The notes under the pieces were generated by a model that worked only from the letters and a program-made list of their open reading frames with translations, was not told the origin of the DNA and searched no databases. Of a stretch of DNA of 23,159 bases, positions 1 through 8,836 are shown piece after piece. Source of the DNA: an archaeon (GTDB taxonomy: Archaea; SpSt-1190; DYHY01); contig JAZDJS010000010.1 in NCBI GenBank assembly GCA_043803745.1, forward strand, positions 1 to 23,159. Reading direction: 5' to 3'. A program made the translations under genes and the position numbers. Numbering within the stretch: the first letter of the stretch is position 1; each line of letters begins with the position of its first letter.

Positions 1-1
1 A

Positions 2-844
2 CGGAAAAAGTTCGCACCCAATTCTATAACAGTATTCGGCAAAAGCAGTGAGGAAACGAGGGAAGATGTCCGAAGGATACTTTCGGAATATCCGCACCTC
101 AAGATGCTGAAGGTGAAGCTTCTTGGCTCGGGAAGGGGAGACGAGACCCGCTGCGCCGCAATTGCTGAAACTGTCCGAGAAATGAGGCGGCGGATCTCCT
201 ACCTGATAGACTGCAACCAGGGCTACTCAGACTTCCGCTCGGCAGCAACGGCAATCGAAACCGCAAGGGAAACCCTTGGAAACCTCTTTCTTGTGGAGGA
301 ACCTGTCGGGAAGCAAGATTGGGCGCTTTCCAGGCAGCTTACGAAGAGCTTCGACACACCCATCTTTCTCGACGAATCCATAATCTCGCTCAAGGATGTC
401 CAAACCGCGATTGAGAAGGATGCCTGCAGCGGAATAAACATAAAACTCCAAAAAGCGGGGGGAATTCTCCCCGCAACGAAAATAGCAGACCTCTGCAGGA
501 AACACTCGGTTTCGATAATGGTTGGATGCATGTTCGAAAGCGCGATAGGGATTTCCGCGGGGATAAATTTCGCCCAGTCGCAAAGGGGCGTCAAAGTCAC
601 CGACCTAGATTATGATCTTGCGCTCCCTAACGTCTTTTCTGAAACCCTGCCCTTTGAGAAGGGAGTCCGCAAAACGCTCGGGAGGCCTGGATTGGGCGTC
701 TCGATCGACTTGGAGAAACTCATGGACGCGAAAAAAAAGAAACTAATAGCCTTCCCGAACGAATTGCTCAGGCATCTTCCAATCAGAACACCGAGGATTC
801 CCAGACATCCACAAGCTCGTCCGCGTACGTTCCGGAATAGTTGA
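2..844 (+). CDS. Enolase-superfamily dipeptide epimerase (L-Ala-D/L-Glu epimerase-like), 5'-truncated
   Basis: Frame is open from base 2 (RKKFAPNSITVFG...). Motifs: KxK (LKVKL), metal ligands D(CNQGY), (V)E(EP), (L)D(ES), second Lys in NIKLQK, GCMxE and DxD (DLD), the signature set of dipeptide epimerases. Confidence 0.8.
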   Translation, partial: RKKFAPNSITVFGKSSEETREDVRRILSEYPHLKMLKVKLLGSGRGDETRCAAIAETVREMRRRISYLIDCNQGYSDFRSAATAIETARETLGNLFLVEEPVGKQDWALSRQLTKSFDTPIFLDESIISLKDVQTAIEKDACSGINIKLQKAGGILPATKIADLCRKHSVSIMVGCMFESAIGISAGINFAQSQRGVKVTDLDYDLALPNVFSETLPFEKGVRKTLGRPGLGVSIDLEKLMDAKKKKLIAFPNELLRHLPIRTPRIPRHPQARPRTFRNS

Positions 845-1514
845 CGGCCGTCTTTCTTCTCGTCCTGTTCAGGGCAAGCGATTCGTCCATTATCCGCTTC
901 TGTTCGGCGTCCGCAAGACCTTTCAGGATTTCCTCAAGGGGCGTTCTCGCCGCCCCAATCGCCGTGGCTGTCCTTTTCTTTTCAGCCAATTTACCCAACG
1001 GCAGTTCCTTCAAGGGCGTTTCGGGCAGCCTGCCGGAATAACCCGGGCGTTCTCCGGAGAGATACGTGGCGGGCTCGCCAGGCCCGTAGGAATCAGCCGG
1101 AACAAGCGTTCTCCGCTCGCCGGCAAAAGCATTGAGAACCGAAGTGTTCCCGACCCCGAAGAGAACCCCGCGCGCATTCCGCTCCTTGGACTTTTCCCGG
1201 GAATAGCCGACACTCCCCGAAAGTTGACCCCTGCTAATCTGGCCGGTCGGGTCCATCACGACAATGTAGTTCTGAGGAAGCTTGTGCATCCCTTGGTAGA
1301 CCATTCGGGCAGCCTCGACAATTGACGCCTGCCCTTCCCTGTGCATCGGGCTCCGGAGATCGATGACGTTCTCCCTGTTGGAAACAGGGTCAACTGCCTT
1401 GATTGAAACGACATCCCCCTGCGAGTTCCGCAAAAGATGAACGGAATGCGCGCCGGAAACTCCAAGGAGCGCTTTTTCGAATCCGCTAAGGTCCCCGTCT
1501 TCGTCATACCCCAC
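783..1514 (-). CDS. Hypothetical protein (~243 aa)
   Basis: Long ORF filling the gap between genes. In-frame GTG at 1514 lies ~22 nt downstream of a minus-strand T-rich TATA element (~1536-1546); the track gives TTG at 1526. No recognisable motif. Confidence 0.6.
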   Translation of the reverse strand: MGYDEDGDLSGFEKALLGVSGAHSVHLLRNSQGDVVSIKAVDPVSNRENVIDLRSPMHREGQASIVEAARMVYQGMHKLPQNYIVVMDPTGQISRGQLSGSVGYSREKSKERNARGVLFGVGNTSVLNAFAGERRTLVPADSYGPGEPATYLSGERPGYSGRLPETPLKELPLGKLAEKKRTATAIGAARTPLEEILKGLADAEQKRIMDESLALNRTRRKTAVNYSGTYADELVDVWESSVF

Positions 1515-1568
1515 ACAGTTCCGCAAGCACTCGCATATAAAAAAATTGCCTGGCCACTTTCAAATCGT

Positions 1569-1596
1569 TTCCTTCCAAGGTTCCTTCCAAGGTTCC
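1569..1596. repeat. 12-bp tandem repeat (TTCCTTCCAAGG x2 plus TTCC)
   Basis: Read directly in the divergent intergenic region upstream of the rpl15 TATA box. Confidence 0.85.
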
Positions 1597-1615
1597 CCGG
1601 CCGGGCCCCCTAAGG

Positions 1616-1623
1616 TTTATAAA
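1616..1623 (+). promoter_or_regulatory. Archaeal TATA box for rpl15-secY
   Basis: TTTATAAA, 25 nt before ATG 1649. Confidence 0.7.
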
Positions 1624-1648
1624 CCGAGTTTTTCGGGTTAGCCGCATT

Positions 1649-2152
1649 ATGGTCAGACTGTTCAGTAAGAGGTCCAGGCGTGAAAGGGGCCACAGGTCCC
1701 ACGGCTACGGCGCCGGAAAAAAGCACAGGGGAAAAGGGAACAAGGGGGGGAAGGGATATGCATGGGACAAGCACCTGTGGGTATATATGCTCAAATACGA
1801 CCCCGACCACTTTGGAAAGCACGGCTTCCAGTCTCCCGGACAGAAGGCGAACCGGCTTACCACAATAAACGTAGGTCTCCTTGATGCAACGGCCGAAACG
1901 ATGGTTTCGAGGAAGCTCGCCGAATTCAAGGGAGGGGAATACCTGATTGACTGCGGAAAGCTCGGGATTGAGAAAATCTTGGGAAGCGGAAAAGTTTCTA
2001 GGAAACTCACAATAACGAACTGCGTCGCAGCCTCGGAAGGGGCAATTGCGAAGGTTGAGGCCGCCGGAGGGAAAATTGTCCTTCCTGAGCCGAGAGCCCC
2101 GAAAAAAGCGCCCAAGACAGATGTGAAAACGGGCAAGATAGGTCCGTCCTAA
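1649..2152 (+). CDS. rpl15: 50S ribosomal protein uL15
   Basis: RGHRSHGYG..KKHRGKGNKGGKG, FGKHGF, TINVG, KILGSG, ASEGAIAKVEAAGG; immediately upstream of secY. Confidence 0.96.
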   Translation: MVRLFSKRSRRERGHRSHGYGAGKKHRGKGNKGGKGYAWDKHLWVYMLKYDPDHFGKHGFQSPGQKANRLTTINVGLLDATAETMVSRKLAEFKGGEYLIDCGKLGIEKILGSGKVSRKLTITNCVAASEGAIAKVEAAGGKIVLPEPRAPKKAPKTDVKTGKIGPS

Positions 2153-2170
2153 CAACGACAAGGAGAAGAA

Positions 2171-3631
2171 ATGGTAGGAATTCTGGATTTCACACAGTTC
2201 ATTCCGGCGGTTAGGAAGCCGAAAACCCGCCTCGGCTTTAATGAGAAGCTCAAATGGACCGCATTCATCCTCCTTGCATACTATGTTCTCGGAATGATTC
2301 CCTTGTATGGGCTCGACCAAAAGGCAACCGATTATTTTCAGGCGCTCCGCGCGATAATCGCGGGGAGGTTCGGGTCAATAATAACGCTCGGAATAGGCCC
2401 GATCGTGACAGCAGGCATAATCCTGCAGCTGATGGTCGGAGTCAAGCTCCTTCCCCTCGACCTTTCGAAGGAAAAGGACAAGCAGACCTTCCAGGGACTT
2501 TCGCAGCTTCTCACGATAATAGTGGCGCTTTTCGAGGGCGCCGTTTATGTTTACCTTGGCGGGCTTCCCGCCCTTAACAACGACCCCTTCCTGAAGATCC
2601 TCCTCGTTGCTCAGCTTTTCGGGGGGACAATGCTAATTTCCCTTCTTGACGACCTCTCCCAGAAATGGGGCTTCATTTCAGGAATAAGCCTTTTCATTGC
2701 GGCGGGGGTTGCGACGGAAATACTAGTGGCCTCTCTGAACCCGCTTCCCAATCCTGAGAACCCGACGCTTGCAGCCGGAAGAATCCCCGCGGCAATCCAG
2801 TTCATTACACAAGGCGACCCGATGCAGTCGTTTTACCTCCTCATCCCCGTGATATTCACCGCAGTCGTTTTCTTCATAGTTGTATATGCCCAGTCAATCA
2901 ACGTGGAAATCCCCCTTTCGTTCGGAAGAATAGCGGGAATGACGACAAGATGGCCCCTGAACCTTTTCTACACCGGCAACCTGCCGGTAATACTTGTTGC
3001 GGCGCTAATTGCAAACCTCCAGCTATGGGCCGGACTTGCACAGAAAGCGGGATACCCGATACTGGGAACTCTCGGGACCGACAGCACGGCCTTAACTGGG
3101 CTGATATTCTTCCTGACGCCCCCGCGGAACTTCATAACATATCTGCTGAACCCGTTCACGTTCTTTTCGGGCATTTCAAAGGAACTGGCAATACTTTTCG
3201 GTCTCTCAAGCACAATCGGACCGGTCAACTTTTACAATCTGACCTACATAACGATGACGCTTCGAGCCTTCACATACACGCTTTTCATGGTCCTTGGCTC
3301 GGTGCTTTTCTCGATTTTCTGGGTGAAAACGAGCGGGCAGGACACCAAATCCGTTGCGGAGCAAATCAACGGGGCGGGGATGCAAGTGAGGGGGTTCAGG
3401 AGCGACCCGCGGGTAATTGAAATGGTTCTCGACAGGTACATACCATACCTCACCGTGATCGGGGGCGCGGCAGTCGGGCTCTTGGCCGCATTCGCCGACT
3501 TCACTAACGCGATTGGCGGGGGGACGGGAATACTCCTTACCGTGATGATAGTCTACAAGATGTACGAGACGATAGTCAGACAGCACCTGGTTGACATGGC
3601 CCCGCTGCTGAAGACAATCGTATCGAAATGA
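2171..3631 (+). CDS. secY: Preprotein translocase subunit SecY (archaeal Sec61alpha type)
   Basis: KLKWT, LGIGPIVTAGIILQL, SGISLFIAAGV, LFYTGNLPVIL, GFRSDPR, GGGTGILLTV; multiple TM segments; GGAG Shine-Dalgarno at 2162-2165. Confidence 0.98.
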   Translation: MVGILDFTQFIPAVRKPKTRLGFNEKLKWTAFILLAYYVLGMIPLYGLDQKATDYFQALRAIIAGRFGSIITLGIGPIVTAGIILQLMVGVKLLPLDLSKEKDKQTFQGLSQLLTIIVALFEGAVYVYLGGLPALNNDPFLKILLVAQLFGGTMLISLLDDLSQKWGFISGISLFIAAGVATEILVASLNPLPNPENPTLAAGRIPAAIQFITQGDPMQSFYLLIPVIFTAVVFFIVVYAQSINVEIPLSFGRIAGMTTRWPLNLFYTGNLPVILVAALIANLQLWAGLAQKAGYPILGTLGTDSTALTGLIFFLTPPRNFITYLLNPFTFFSGISKELAILFGLSSTIGPVNFYNLTYITMTLRAFTYTLFMVLGSVLFSIFWVKTSGQDTKSVAEQINGAGMQVRGFRSDPRVIEMVLDRYIPYLTVIGGAAVGLLAAFADFTNAIGGGTGILLTVMIVYKMYETIVRQHLVDMAPLLKTIVSK

Positions 3632-3705
3632 GTCGGGCGTAGCGTAGCATACCGAGGCGAAGCGGAAGCTTATTAACGGGGACCAACGAGGGAAAAACCG
3701 AAGAA

Positions 3706-4173
3706 ATGGCAATATCGCTGCTAGAAAACCAGGTTCTCCAGCTTTTCCTCATTTCCTTTGCCGCCGTCCTCATACAGAACCTTCTTTTCAAGAAGCTTTC
3801 GGATCAAGCCGCCTTGCGCGAAATGAAGAAACAGCTTGACTCCGCCCAGATAAGAATGAAGAAAGCCCAGAAGGAGCAGAATGCCAAGGCAATGGAAATC
3901 GAGCTTAAGAAAATCCAGGAGTTTTCAACGAAGCGCCTTTCAATGACAATGAAGCCGAACCTGATCTCCTCCCTTGCATTCATTCTGGTAATAGGCTGGA
4001 TTCAGACAACTTACGCCAAACTCATAGTCAATCTGCCGATACCCCTGCCAATCTGGCAGTGGAAGCTGCCCCCAATTGCGTTCAGCTCGACCCTCGGGTG
4101 GTTCGGATGGTATTTCTACGTGGCGATTCTCTCAAGCTTCGTTGTCAAGGAACTTCTCGGAATAGAGACCTGA
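3706..4173 (+). CDS. DUF106 / EMC3-TMCO1 (Oxa1 superfamily) membrane protein
   Basis: TM1, coiled coil, MKP-TM2, C-terminal GWFGWYF TM; conserved archaeal position downstream of secY. Confidence 0.85.
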   Translation: MAISLLENQVLQLFLISFAAVLIQNLLFKKLSDQAALREMKKQLDSAQIRMKKAQKEQNAKAMEIELKKIQEFSTKRLSMTMKPNLISSLAFILVIGWIQTTYAKLIVNLPIPLPIWQWKLPPIAFSSTLGWFGWYFYVAILSSFVVKELLGIET

Positions 4174-5070
4174 GAGGATTTTCCCGGGAACCTCCCTCAG
4201 CCCCCGGGCCCGCAGGTAACTTCCCCTGTGCTTGCCCTTTATCCGGTCAACGAAAGGCTTCCATCCCCGAATGGGAACAAATATCCCCCGCACGCCAGCT
4301 TTCCCGGCAGCCCGCATGTCTGCATAGGTATCGCCGACGAAGAATGCGTCTTTCCGGGATGCGCCAATTTCCCTGAGAAGCTTGCGTATCGCAGCCGCCT
4401 TCTCTCCGCCAATCACCTTGAAGGACCTTCCATCGGGAAAGATTTCCGCAAGCTTCGGGAAATGCGACCGCTTGCTTTCCTGCACTTTTCGGTCTCCCCG
4501 GGTTATTATGAAAACCTTCGCGCCCCTCTCGCGGATTGTTTCCAGCGCGAAAAACGCGTTTTTCCTCTCCCGCCACGGCGGGGAAAGCGCTTTTGATGCT
4601 TCCGCGTAAATCTTGCGCTCAAGCGGAGTTCCCAGGATTTGCCCAACCTCCCTCTCAAGCGCATTTTCCGGAATTCCCAGGAAAGCCTCCCGATCCCTGT
4701 CGGAATATCCGTGCTTGCGCAGGAATTCGCATCTCTCCGCATACGGGATCTTCCCGAGCAGTTCAATGTCTCTCCCCGAAAACTTGCCCGAAAGAACCAG
4801 GCGGGATGTTATCACAAGCGCAGAAGGGAATGCGTCGCGCCTGAAAAGTTTCCGGCTGCCGACCGAATTGACCCTTACAAGGTCGACCTCCATTGACAGG
4901 AGCTCGAGCAGGCGGCAGTCTATCTTCGACCCACCTTCCTTTCGCAGAAGGCGGGCGCATTTTCTAGACGCAGCCCTGTACTTGTATTCAAGGAGCGTCA
5001 GCGTGTCGTCAAGGTCGAAGAAAACGACTTTCCCCTTCAACGGCTTCTCATTCAAGTCCCAAACCTCCAA
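4132..5070 (-). CDS. HAD-superfamily hydrolase with large C1 cap
   Basis: Motif I FFDLDDTL, motif II IITRG, motif III Lys (GGEK), motif IV FVGDTYAD. Start codon uncertain (TTG). Confidence 0.85.
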   Translation of the reverse strand: MEVWDLNEKPLKGKVVFFDLDDTLTLLEYKYRAASRKCARLLRKEGGSKIDCRLLELLSMEVDLVRVNSVGSRKLFRRDAFPSALVITSRLVLSGKFSGRDIELLGKIPYAERCEFLRKHGYSDRDREAFLGIPENALEREVGQILGTPLERKIYAEASKALSPPWRERKNAFFALETIRERGAKVFIITRGDRKVQESKRSHFPKLAEIFPDGRSFKVIGGEKAAAIRKLLREIGASRKDAFFVGDTYADMRAAGKAGVRGIFVPIRGWKPFVDRIKGKHRGSYLRARGLREVPGKILSGLYSEKFLDNEA

Positions 5071-5207
5071 TCGACGAGGAGACGATTTCGGACGGCTTGC
5101 TTAAATCAATTGTTCTCAATTCCGCAGGCTTGCGCGGTCCGGATGTCGTCAAGGCCCAAGCTTTCCGCAAGGGTTTATCCGCCTAACCATATTTTTCTAA
5201 CACATTT

Positions 5208-5215
5208 TTTATAAA
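5208..5215 (+). promoter_or_regulatory. TATA box for cbf5
   Basis: TTTATAAA, 23 nt before ATG 5239. Confidence 0.7.
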
Positions 5216-5238
5216 GACCCTCGCAAGGCCCCGAAAGA

Positions 5239-6204
5239 ATGCCCCTTACAAACGAGTTCCTTGTCCGAAAGGCTGAGGAGTCAAGCGCGAAATACGGATG
5301 CCGCCCCGAGGAACGCAGCCTGCAGAAGCACCTGCAGTTCGGGGTAATCAACCTCGACAAGCCGGCCGGTCCGACAAGCCACGAGGTTGCCGACTGGGTG
5401 AAAAAAATTACCGGCGCAAAGAAAGCCGGACATTCCGGAACCCTTGATCCCAACGTGACGGGCGTTCTTCCGACAGCGCTCAACGAGGCAACCAAAATAC
5501 TGAACGCCCTCCTTCCGGCAGGGAAGGAATATGTCGGCACAATGCGCTTCCACAAGGACATTTCCCTGGATGCGCTTGCTCCGGTTGTGAAGGAGTTCAC
5601 CGGGACGATAATGCAAATGCCCCCCGTCCGCTCAGCTGTCAAAAGGCAAATCAGGCCGAGGACGGTTTATTCGCTGGACATCCTTGAAACAGACGGGAGA
5701 ACCGTCCTTTTCAGGACGAGCGTCGAGGCGGGCACATACATAAGGAAGCTTTGCCACGACATCGGCGAGAAGCTCGGCGGAGGGAACATGACCGAGCTCA
5801 GGCGCACCCGCGCAGGGCCCTTCCTCGAGAAAACCGCGATAACCCTGCACGACCTGAAAGACGCCTTCGAAACAGGGGAAACTGAGATACGGAAGATGGT
5901 TCTGCCCGTCGAGGTTGCATCAGCCCACCTTTCGTGCATCTGGATTCAGGACGGGGCAATAGAGGCGGTCTGCTCAGGCGCACCGCTCGCATCAGTCGGG
6001 ATAACGAAGCTCGACAAGGGGATCGCGCCCAACGAGCACGTTGCAATCTTTTCCGGCAAGGATGAGCTTGTTGCGCTCGGGCTTTCCCTCGCGGGAGCCG
6101 AGCAAATAGCAGTCGCGAAAAGCGGATTCGCTGCAAAGCCCACAAGGGTGATAATGCCCTCCGGAACATATCCGCGGATGTGGAGGCGTCCGGCCTCGAA
6201 ATGA
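5239..6204 (+). CDS. cbf5: H/ACA RNA-guided pseudouridine synthase Cbf5 (TruB family)
   Basis: INLDKPAGPTSHEV, GHSGTLDP (catalytic Asp), KEYV, QMPPVRSAVKR, AGTYIRKLCHDIG, ELRRTRAGPF, C-terminal PUA domain, YPRMW. Confidence 0.96.
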   Translation: MPLTNEFLVRKAEESSAKYGCRPEERSLQKHLQFGVINLDKPAGPTSHEVADWVKKITGAKKAGHSGTLDPNVTGVLPTALNEATKILNALLPAGKEYVGTMRFHKDISLDALAPVVKEFTGTIMQMPPVRSAVKRQIRPRTVYSLDILETDGRTVLFRTSVEAGTYIRKLCHDIGEKLGGGNMTELRRTRAGPFLEKTAITLHDLKDAFETGETEIRKMVLPVEVASAHLSCIWIQDGAIEAVCSGAPLASVGITKLDKGIAPNEHVAIFSGKDELVALGLSLAGAEQIAVAKSGFAAKPTRVIMPSGTYPRMWRRPASK

Positions 6205-6650
6205 AGCCCGCAATTGTCTGGCCCCCGGAATTTCTCGGCGCGCTGCTTGAAATCCTCGGGGAGCCCGAGAGGATAGAAATATCGGTTTTCCAGTCAGAAA
6301 TCACAGCGGAAAAAAGGGCGGGCTTCGTATTTTATCCCCAATATACAAAGTTCGTCCATTATCGGGATCCGAAAAAGCCCATTTCCCCAGAGGGCATCAT
6401 CGAAACCTATATCGAGCAACTTGCCGAAAATAACCCGCCGAAATTCATCGAAAAGATAATCTGGGCCGACTTCCTTCTTGCGGCAGGGGGGCAGAGAAAC
6501 CTCTTCTCAGCCGAATTCCTCCCCGAAAAACTCTCAATAGAGCTCCAGTATTCCGAGGAAATGAAAAAGATCCTCGACCGGCTGAAGGATGCAATCGGGA
6601 AAATCAGCGGGAAAAAGCCAGCTTGCGAAGTCAAGATTGTATTCAGCTGA
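6201..6650 (+). CDS. Hypothetical protein (149 aa), translationally coupled to cbf5
   Basis: ATGA overlap with the cbf5 stop; protein-like composition; no recognised motif. Confidence 0.7.
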   Translation: MKPAIVWPPEFLGALLEILGEPERIEISVFQSEITAEKRAGFVFYPQYTKFVHYRDPKKPISPEGIIETYIEQLAENNPPKFIEKIIWADFLLAAGGQRNLFSAEFLPEKLSIELQYSEEMKKILDRLKDAIGKISGKKPACEVKIVFS

Positions 6651-8052
6651 TCAGCTTCCTTATCCGCGAGCCGTCCTTCGAGTCCTGGACAGAATATCCC
6701 AGAGATTCAATCTCCTTCCGAATCCGGTCGGCAGCCTCCCAATTCTTCCCGGCGCGCGCAGCTTCCCGTTCGGCAACGAGTTCCCCGACCCGGACGGGGA
6801 TTTCTTCCCGCCCTTCAAACTCAGGACCGAGAACGCCGATAACCGAATCAATTTTCCGCAGCGCCTCAAGGATATTTTCCGCCTCAGACCGCCCAAGTTC
6901 ACCAATCAACTTGTTCGTTTCCCGCACAAGCTCGAAAATTGCCGCAAGAGCTTCGGACGTGTTGAGATCCGAATCCATTGCATTCTCGAACTTCCTTTCC
7001 GCGATTTCAAGAAAGCTTCCCGCAATGCCCGAATCCCCCTCATGCCGGACATCCTTCAGGTTGCGCACGAATTCAGCCAGTTTGCCGACCGCGCCCCTTG
7101 CCCCGTCGAGGGCCGGGAAAGTGAAATTCAAGGGCTGGCGGTAATGGGTTGCGAGGAGGAGATAGCGTATTTCCCGCCCGGAATAGCCCTTTGCAAGAAT
7201 GTCGCGCAGGGTGTAAAAGTTCCCGAGGGATTTGCTCATCTTCTTCCCGTCGACAAGAAGATATTCGTTGTGAACCCAGTATCTTGCGAATTGCTTGCCC
7301 GTAGCTCCCTCGCTTTGGGCAATCTCATCCTCGTGATGCGGGAAAATCAGGTCAATCCCCCCGGCATGGATGTCAATGGTCTCCCCGAGGGTTCTCATGC
7401 TCATTGCCGAGCATTCGATATGCCAGCCGGGACGCCCCCGCCCGAAAGGGGATTCCCAGAAGATCCGCCCATCCTCCTCACTCCAGGCTTTCCAGAGGGC
7501 GAAATCGTTCGCCTGCTCCTTCGAATATTCGTCGCTCTTGACCCTTGCCCCCGCCCGCAGGGAGTCCAGGGGTATGCCGGAAAGCTTTCCGTAACCAGGG
7601 AAATTCCTGACGTTATAGTAAATCGAACCATCTTCCCCCTTGTATGCGAGGCCCTTTTCAAGGAGCTTTTGGATTATGTCAAGCATCTCCTCAATGTATT
7701 TCGTTGCCTCCGGATATGCGTCTGCCGGATCAAGGCCCAGGACTGCGCAGTCCTCGAAAAAGGCTTTCTTGTACTTTTCAGTAAAGTTCGACAGGGGCAG
7801 GCCCTCCTTCTGGGAATCCCGGATTGTCTTGTCATCGACATCCGTCAGGTTCATCACGTGATTGACCTGGAACCCCTTGTATCTGAGATATCGCTTCAGG
7901 ACGTCCTGGCAGACATATGCGCGGAAGTTCCCGATATGGGCGAAGTTGTAAACAGTCGGCCCGCAGGTGTAGAAAAGGACAATTTCCCTGCCAGCAGGCA
8001 GTGTGAACTCCTCAAGCTTCCTGGTCATTGTGTTATGGAGGAAAAGCGCCAT
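6643..8052 (-). CDS. cysS: Cysteine--tRNA ligase
   Basis: CGPTVY, HIGN, NLTDVDDK, DFALWK, GRPGWHIECSAM, DIHAGGIDLIFPHHEDE, KMSKS, ADRIR anticodon-binding domain. Confidence 0.98.
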   Translation of the reverse strand: MALFLHNTMTRKLEEFTLPAGREIVLFYTCGPTVYNFAHIGNFRAYVCQDVLKRYLRYKGFQVNHVMNLTDVDDKTIRDSQKEGLPLSNFTEKYKKAFFEDCAVLGLDPADAYPEATKYIEEMLDIIQKLLEKGLAYKGEDGSIYYNVRNFPGYGKLSGIPLDSLRAGARVKSDEYSKEQANDFALWKAWSEEDGRIFWESPFGRGRPGWHIECSAMSMRTLGETIDIHAGGIDLIFPHHEDEIAQSEGATGKQFARYWVHNEYLLVDGKKMSKSLGNFYTLRDILAKGYSGREIRYLLLATHYRQPLNFTFPALDGARGAVGKLAEFVRNLKDVRHEGDSGIAGSFLEIAERKFENAMDSDLNTSEALAAIFELVRETNKLIGELGRSEAENILEALRKIDSVIGVLGPEFEGREEIPVRVGELVAEREAARAGKNWEAADRIRKEIESLGYSVQDSKDGSRIRKLIS

Positions 8053-8167
8053 CTTTCCGGCCTGCTGGACGGGGTTATTAATTTAGCGGAGATTTGCCCC
8101 TTGGCAGAGAATTGACCCTCCTAAAGGGGGACTTTTTTTTAAACTCGAGCCAACTCATCCGGCCGAA

Positions 8168-8680
8168 ATGTCAAGGAAGACGACAGATTTCAGGGAAGAG
8201 GTTCACAAACTTCATGAGTATTTCTCGAGAAGCTCGATAGGGGAAGCTGACTGGGACTCCGCACTGAGAATTGCATTAAGTGGGTCCCAACCGCTGTTTT
8301 TCAGAGGGACTGCTCCAAGCGAGATACAGGTTGCCGCTTTCTCCGGCGGACTGAAGGAGATTGCTTCGTATTCCGCGGTTTTCGCCGCCCTTGCGGAGGA
8401 AGCGGAGCGCCTGAAAACGCCTCGGAGATACCAATTCATTCCGGAGGAGGTATACCGGGAGCTTATCGGAACTTATTTCCCTGCTGCGCTCAAGAGAGTC
8501 AAGGCGAACATCCTCGCACTAGCCGGACAAGAAGCCGAGCACCTGCCCCTCCCTCTAACCCGCGAAGAACTGCGAACGGCAGCCGAACCAATCTTTGCTT
8601 TCCTTAACAGAGAAACACCGCAGGTCAAAAACGAATACGTGTCCTGGAGGCTTTCCCCGGGAATTAACAGCGGCTATTAG
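8168..8680 (+). CDS. Hypothetical protein, paralogue A
   Basis: TATA at 8136-8143; colinear similarity to 8837..9409 (ADW.S, Q.AAF.GGL, QE..HLP, YV.WRL). Confidence 0.8.
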   Translation: MSRKTTDFREEVHKLHEYFSRSSIGEADWDSALRIALSGSQPLFFRGTAPSEIQVAAFSGGLKEIASYSAVFAALAEEAERLKTPRRYQFIPEEVYRELIGTYFPAALKRVKANILALAGQEAEHLPLPLTREELRTAAEPIFAFLNRETPQVKNEYVSWRLSPGINSGY

Positions 8681-8836
8681 CTTTCCCGGGCAGCCGCAAG
8701 AGCAGCCAGAGACCCGACGGCTCTCGAGTCCTCCGCAGGTCCAGTTCAATTGAAAATTTGAAACGGTTCCCCTGAGAGGACAAAATTACCATTTTCCAGG
8801 GGAACATTTTTAAATAGGAATCTGAAAGACTAGACA

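Noticed and set aside
1610-2320. 236-aa ORF antisense to rpl15/secY
   Set aside because: Overlaps two unambiguous core genes; no motif.
6589-8115. 508-aa ORF antisense to cysS, in codon register
   Set aside because: Shadow ORF: in-register antisense frames stay open when the sense gene avoids TTA, CTA and TCA codons. No motifs and no promoter; not evidence for sense/antisense synthetase coding.
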